DNA of 64,000 nt from Squalus acanthias (lineage: Eukaryota). How positions within the stretch are numbered: position 1 is the stretch's first letter; the number at the start of each line of letters is the position of its first letter. Shown piece after piece: positions 63,415-64,000 of this stretch. The stretch is from positions 30,444,001-30,508,000 of the forward strand of contig CM059432.1 of assembly GCA_030390025.1 (NCBI GenBank), written 5' to 3'. The translations under genes and the position numbers were made by a program. Below the pieces are notes generated by a model that was not told the origin of the DNA, searched no databases, and was given only the letters and a program-made list of their open reading frames with translations.

Positions 63415-63636
63415 AATGAGAAGTCGCACAACACCAGGTTATAGTCCAACAGATTTATTTAATTTTACAAGCTTTCGAAGCAGTTCGCTCCTTCGTCAGG
63501 TAAGTTAGCAATGAGAGAATCTCCCAGAATTCACAATTTAAACCCAGACAAAATCTATTCACATTATTCCCTGCAACAAAGAGCACAGCCAAGACAATGA
63601 GATGTGTCCCAGGGGGTCCAACGTGTCAAACCACCT
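63415..63636 (-). mobile_element. Penelope-like terminal repeat (33868 family)
   Basis: GAGAAGTCGCACAACACCAGGTTATAGTCCAACAG and GGGGGTCCAACGTGTCAAA are shared with 33910-34020. Confidence 0.85.
63465..63503 (-). ncRNA. minimal type I hammerhead ribozyme motif
   Basis: UUAC-CUGACGA-A-GGAGC-GAACU-GCUUC-GAAA-GC-UU-GUAA. Confidence 0.7.
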
Positions 63637-63842
63637 ACTACTAATACGATAGCAAAATACTGCGGATGCTGGAAATCTGAAATAACAACAGAAAACGCTG
63701 GAAAAACTCAGCAGGCCAGGCAGCATCCGTGGAGAGAGAAAGAGAGTTAACGTTTCAGGTCATCGACCTGAAACGTTAACTCTCTTTCTCTCTCCACGGA
63801 TGCTGCCTGGCCTGCTGAGTTTTTCCAGCATTTTCTGTTGTT
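63637..63842. mobile_element. young Penelope-type insertion forming a 78-bp-arm hairpin
   Basis: Arms 63684-63761 and 63765-63842 (one mismatch), loop ATC; 14-bp TSD GTGTCAAACCACCT (63623-36 / 63843-56). Confidence 0.9.
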
Positions 63843-64000
63843 GTGTCAAACCACCTGCTGGCTGCATATCCTGTCAATTTGTGTTCTTGTGTTAGCCTTT
63901 ATATTCTTTATATACATAGACATTTTCATGTGGGCCTTATATTTTGGAGATTTTTACACCTGCCTTTCTGTACTGAAAGAGAAACCATTGTAAATGTTTT

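Noticed and set aside
1..64000. CRISPR arrays, operons or other prokaryotic systems
   Set aside because: No regularly spaced repeat-spacer structure; the content is vertebrate repeat DNA.

Overview
Eukaryotic, repeat-saturated genomic DNA, almost certainly from a cartilaginous fish (shark-type HE1/V-SINE, DeuSINE, CR1, L2 and Penelope repeats). I found no convincing host protein-coding gene, so the window looks intronic or intergenic. Contents: three PIF/Harbinger DNA transposons (DDE transposase convergent with an intron-containing Myb/SANT gene) and about a dozen non-autonomous Harbinger derivatives with TIRs and 3-bp TSDs; many CR1 fragments; an L2 3' end; a solo LTR; Penelope-like fragments with minimal hammerhead ribozyme motifs; several multi-level nested insertions. 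The most unusual signal is a second LINE family ('family B'). Its endonuclease-RT reading frame is fused directly behind a tRNA-derived SINE head, with no ORF1 and no upstream in-frame AUG, and its coding strand contains no TTTT run. Together these suggest an autonomous LINE transcribed by RNA polymerase III; a head+tail SINE of the same family lies nearby. All calls are by eye with no database searches; boundaries without TIR/TSD support are approximate.
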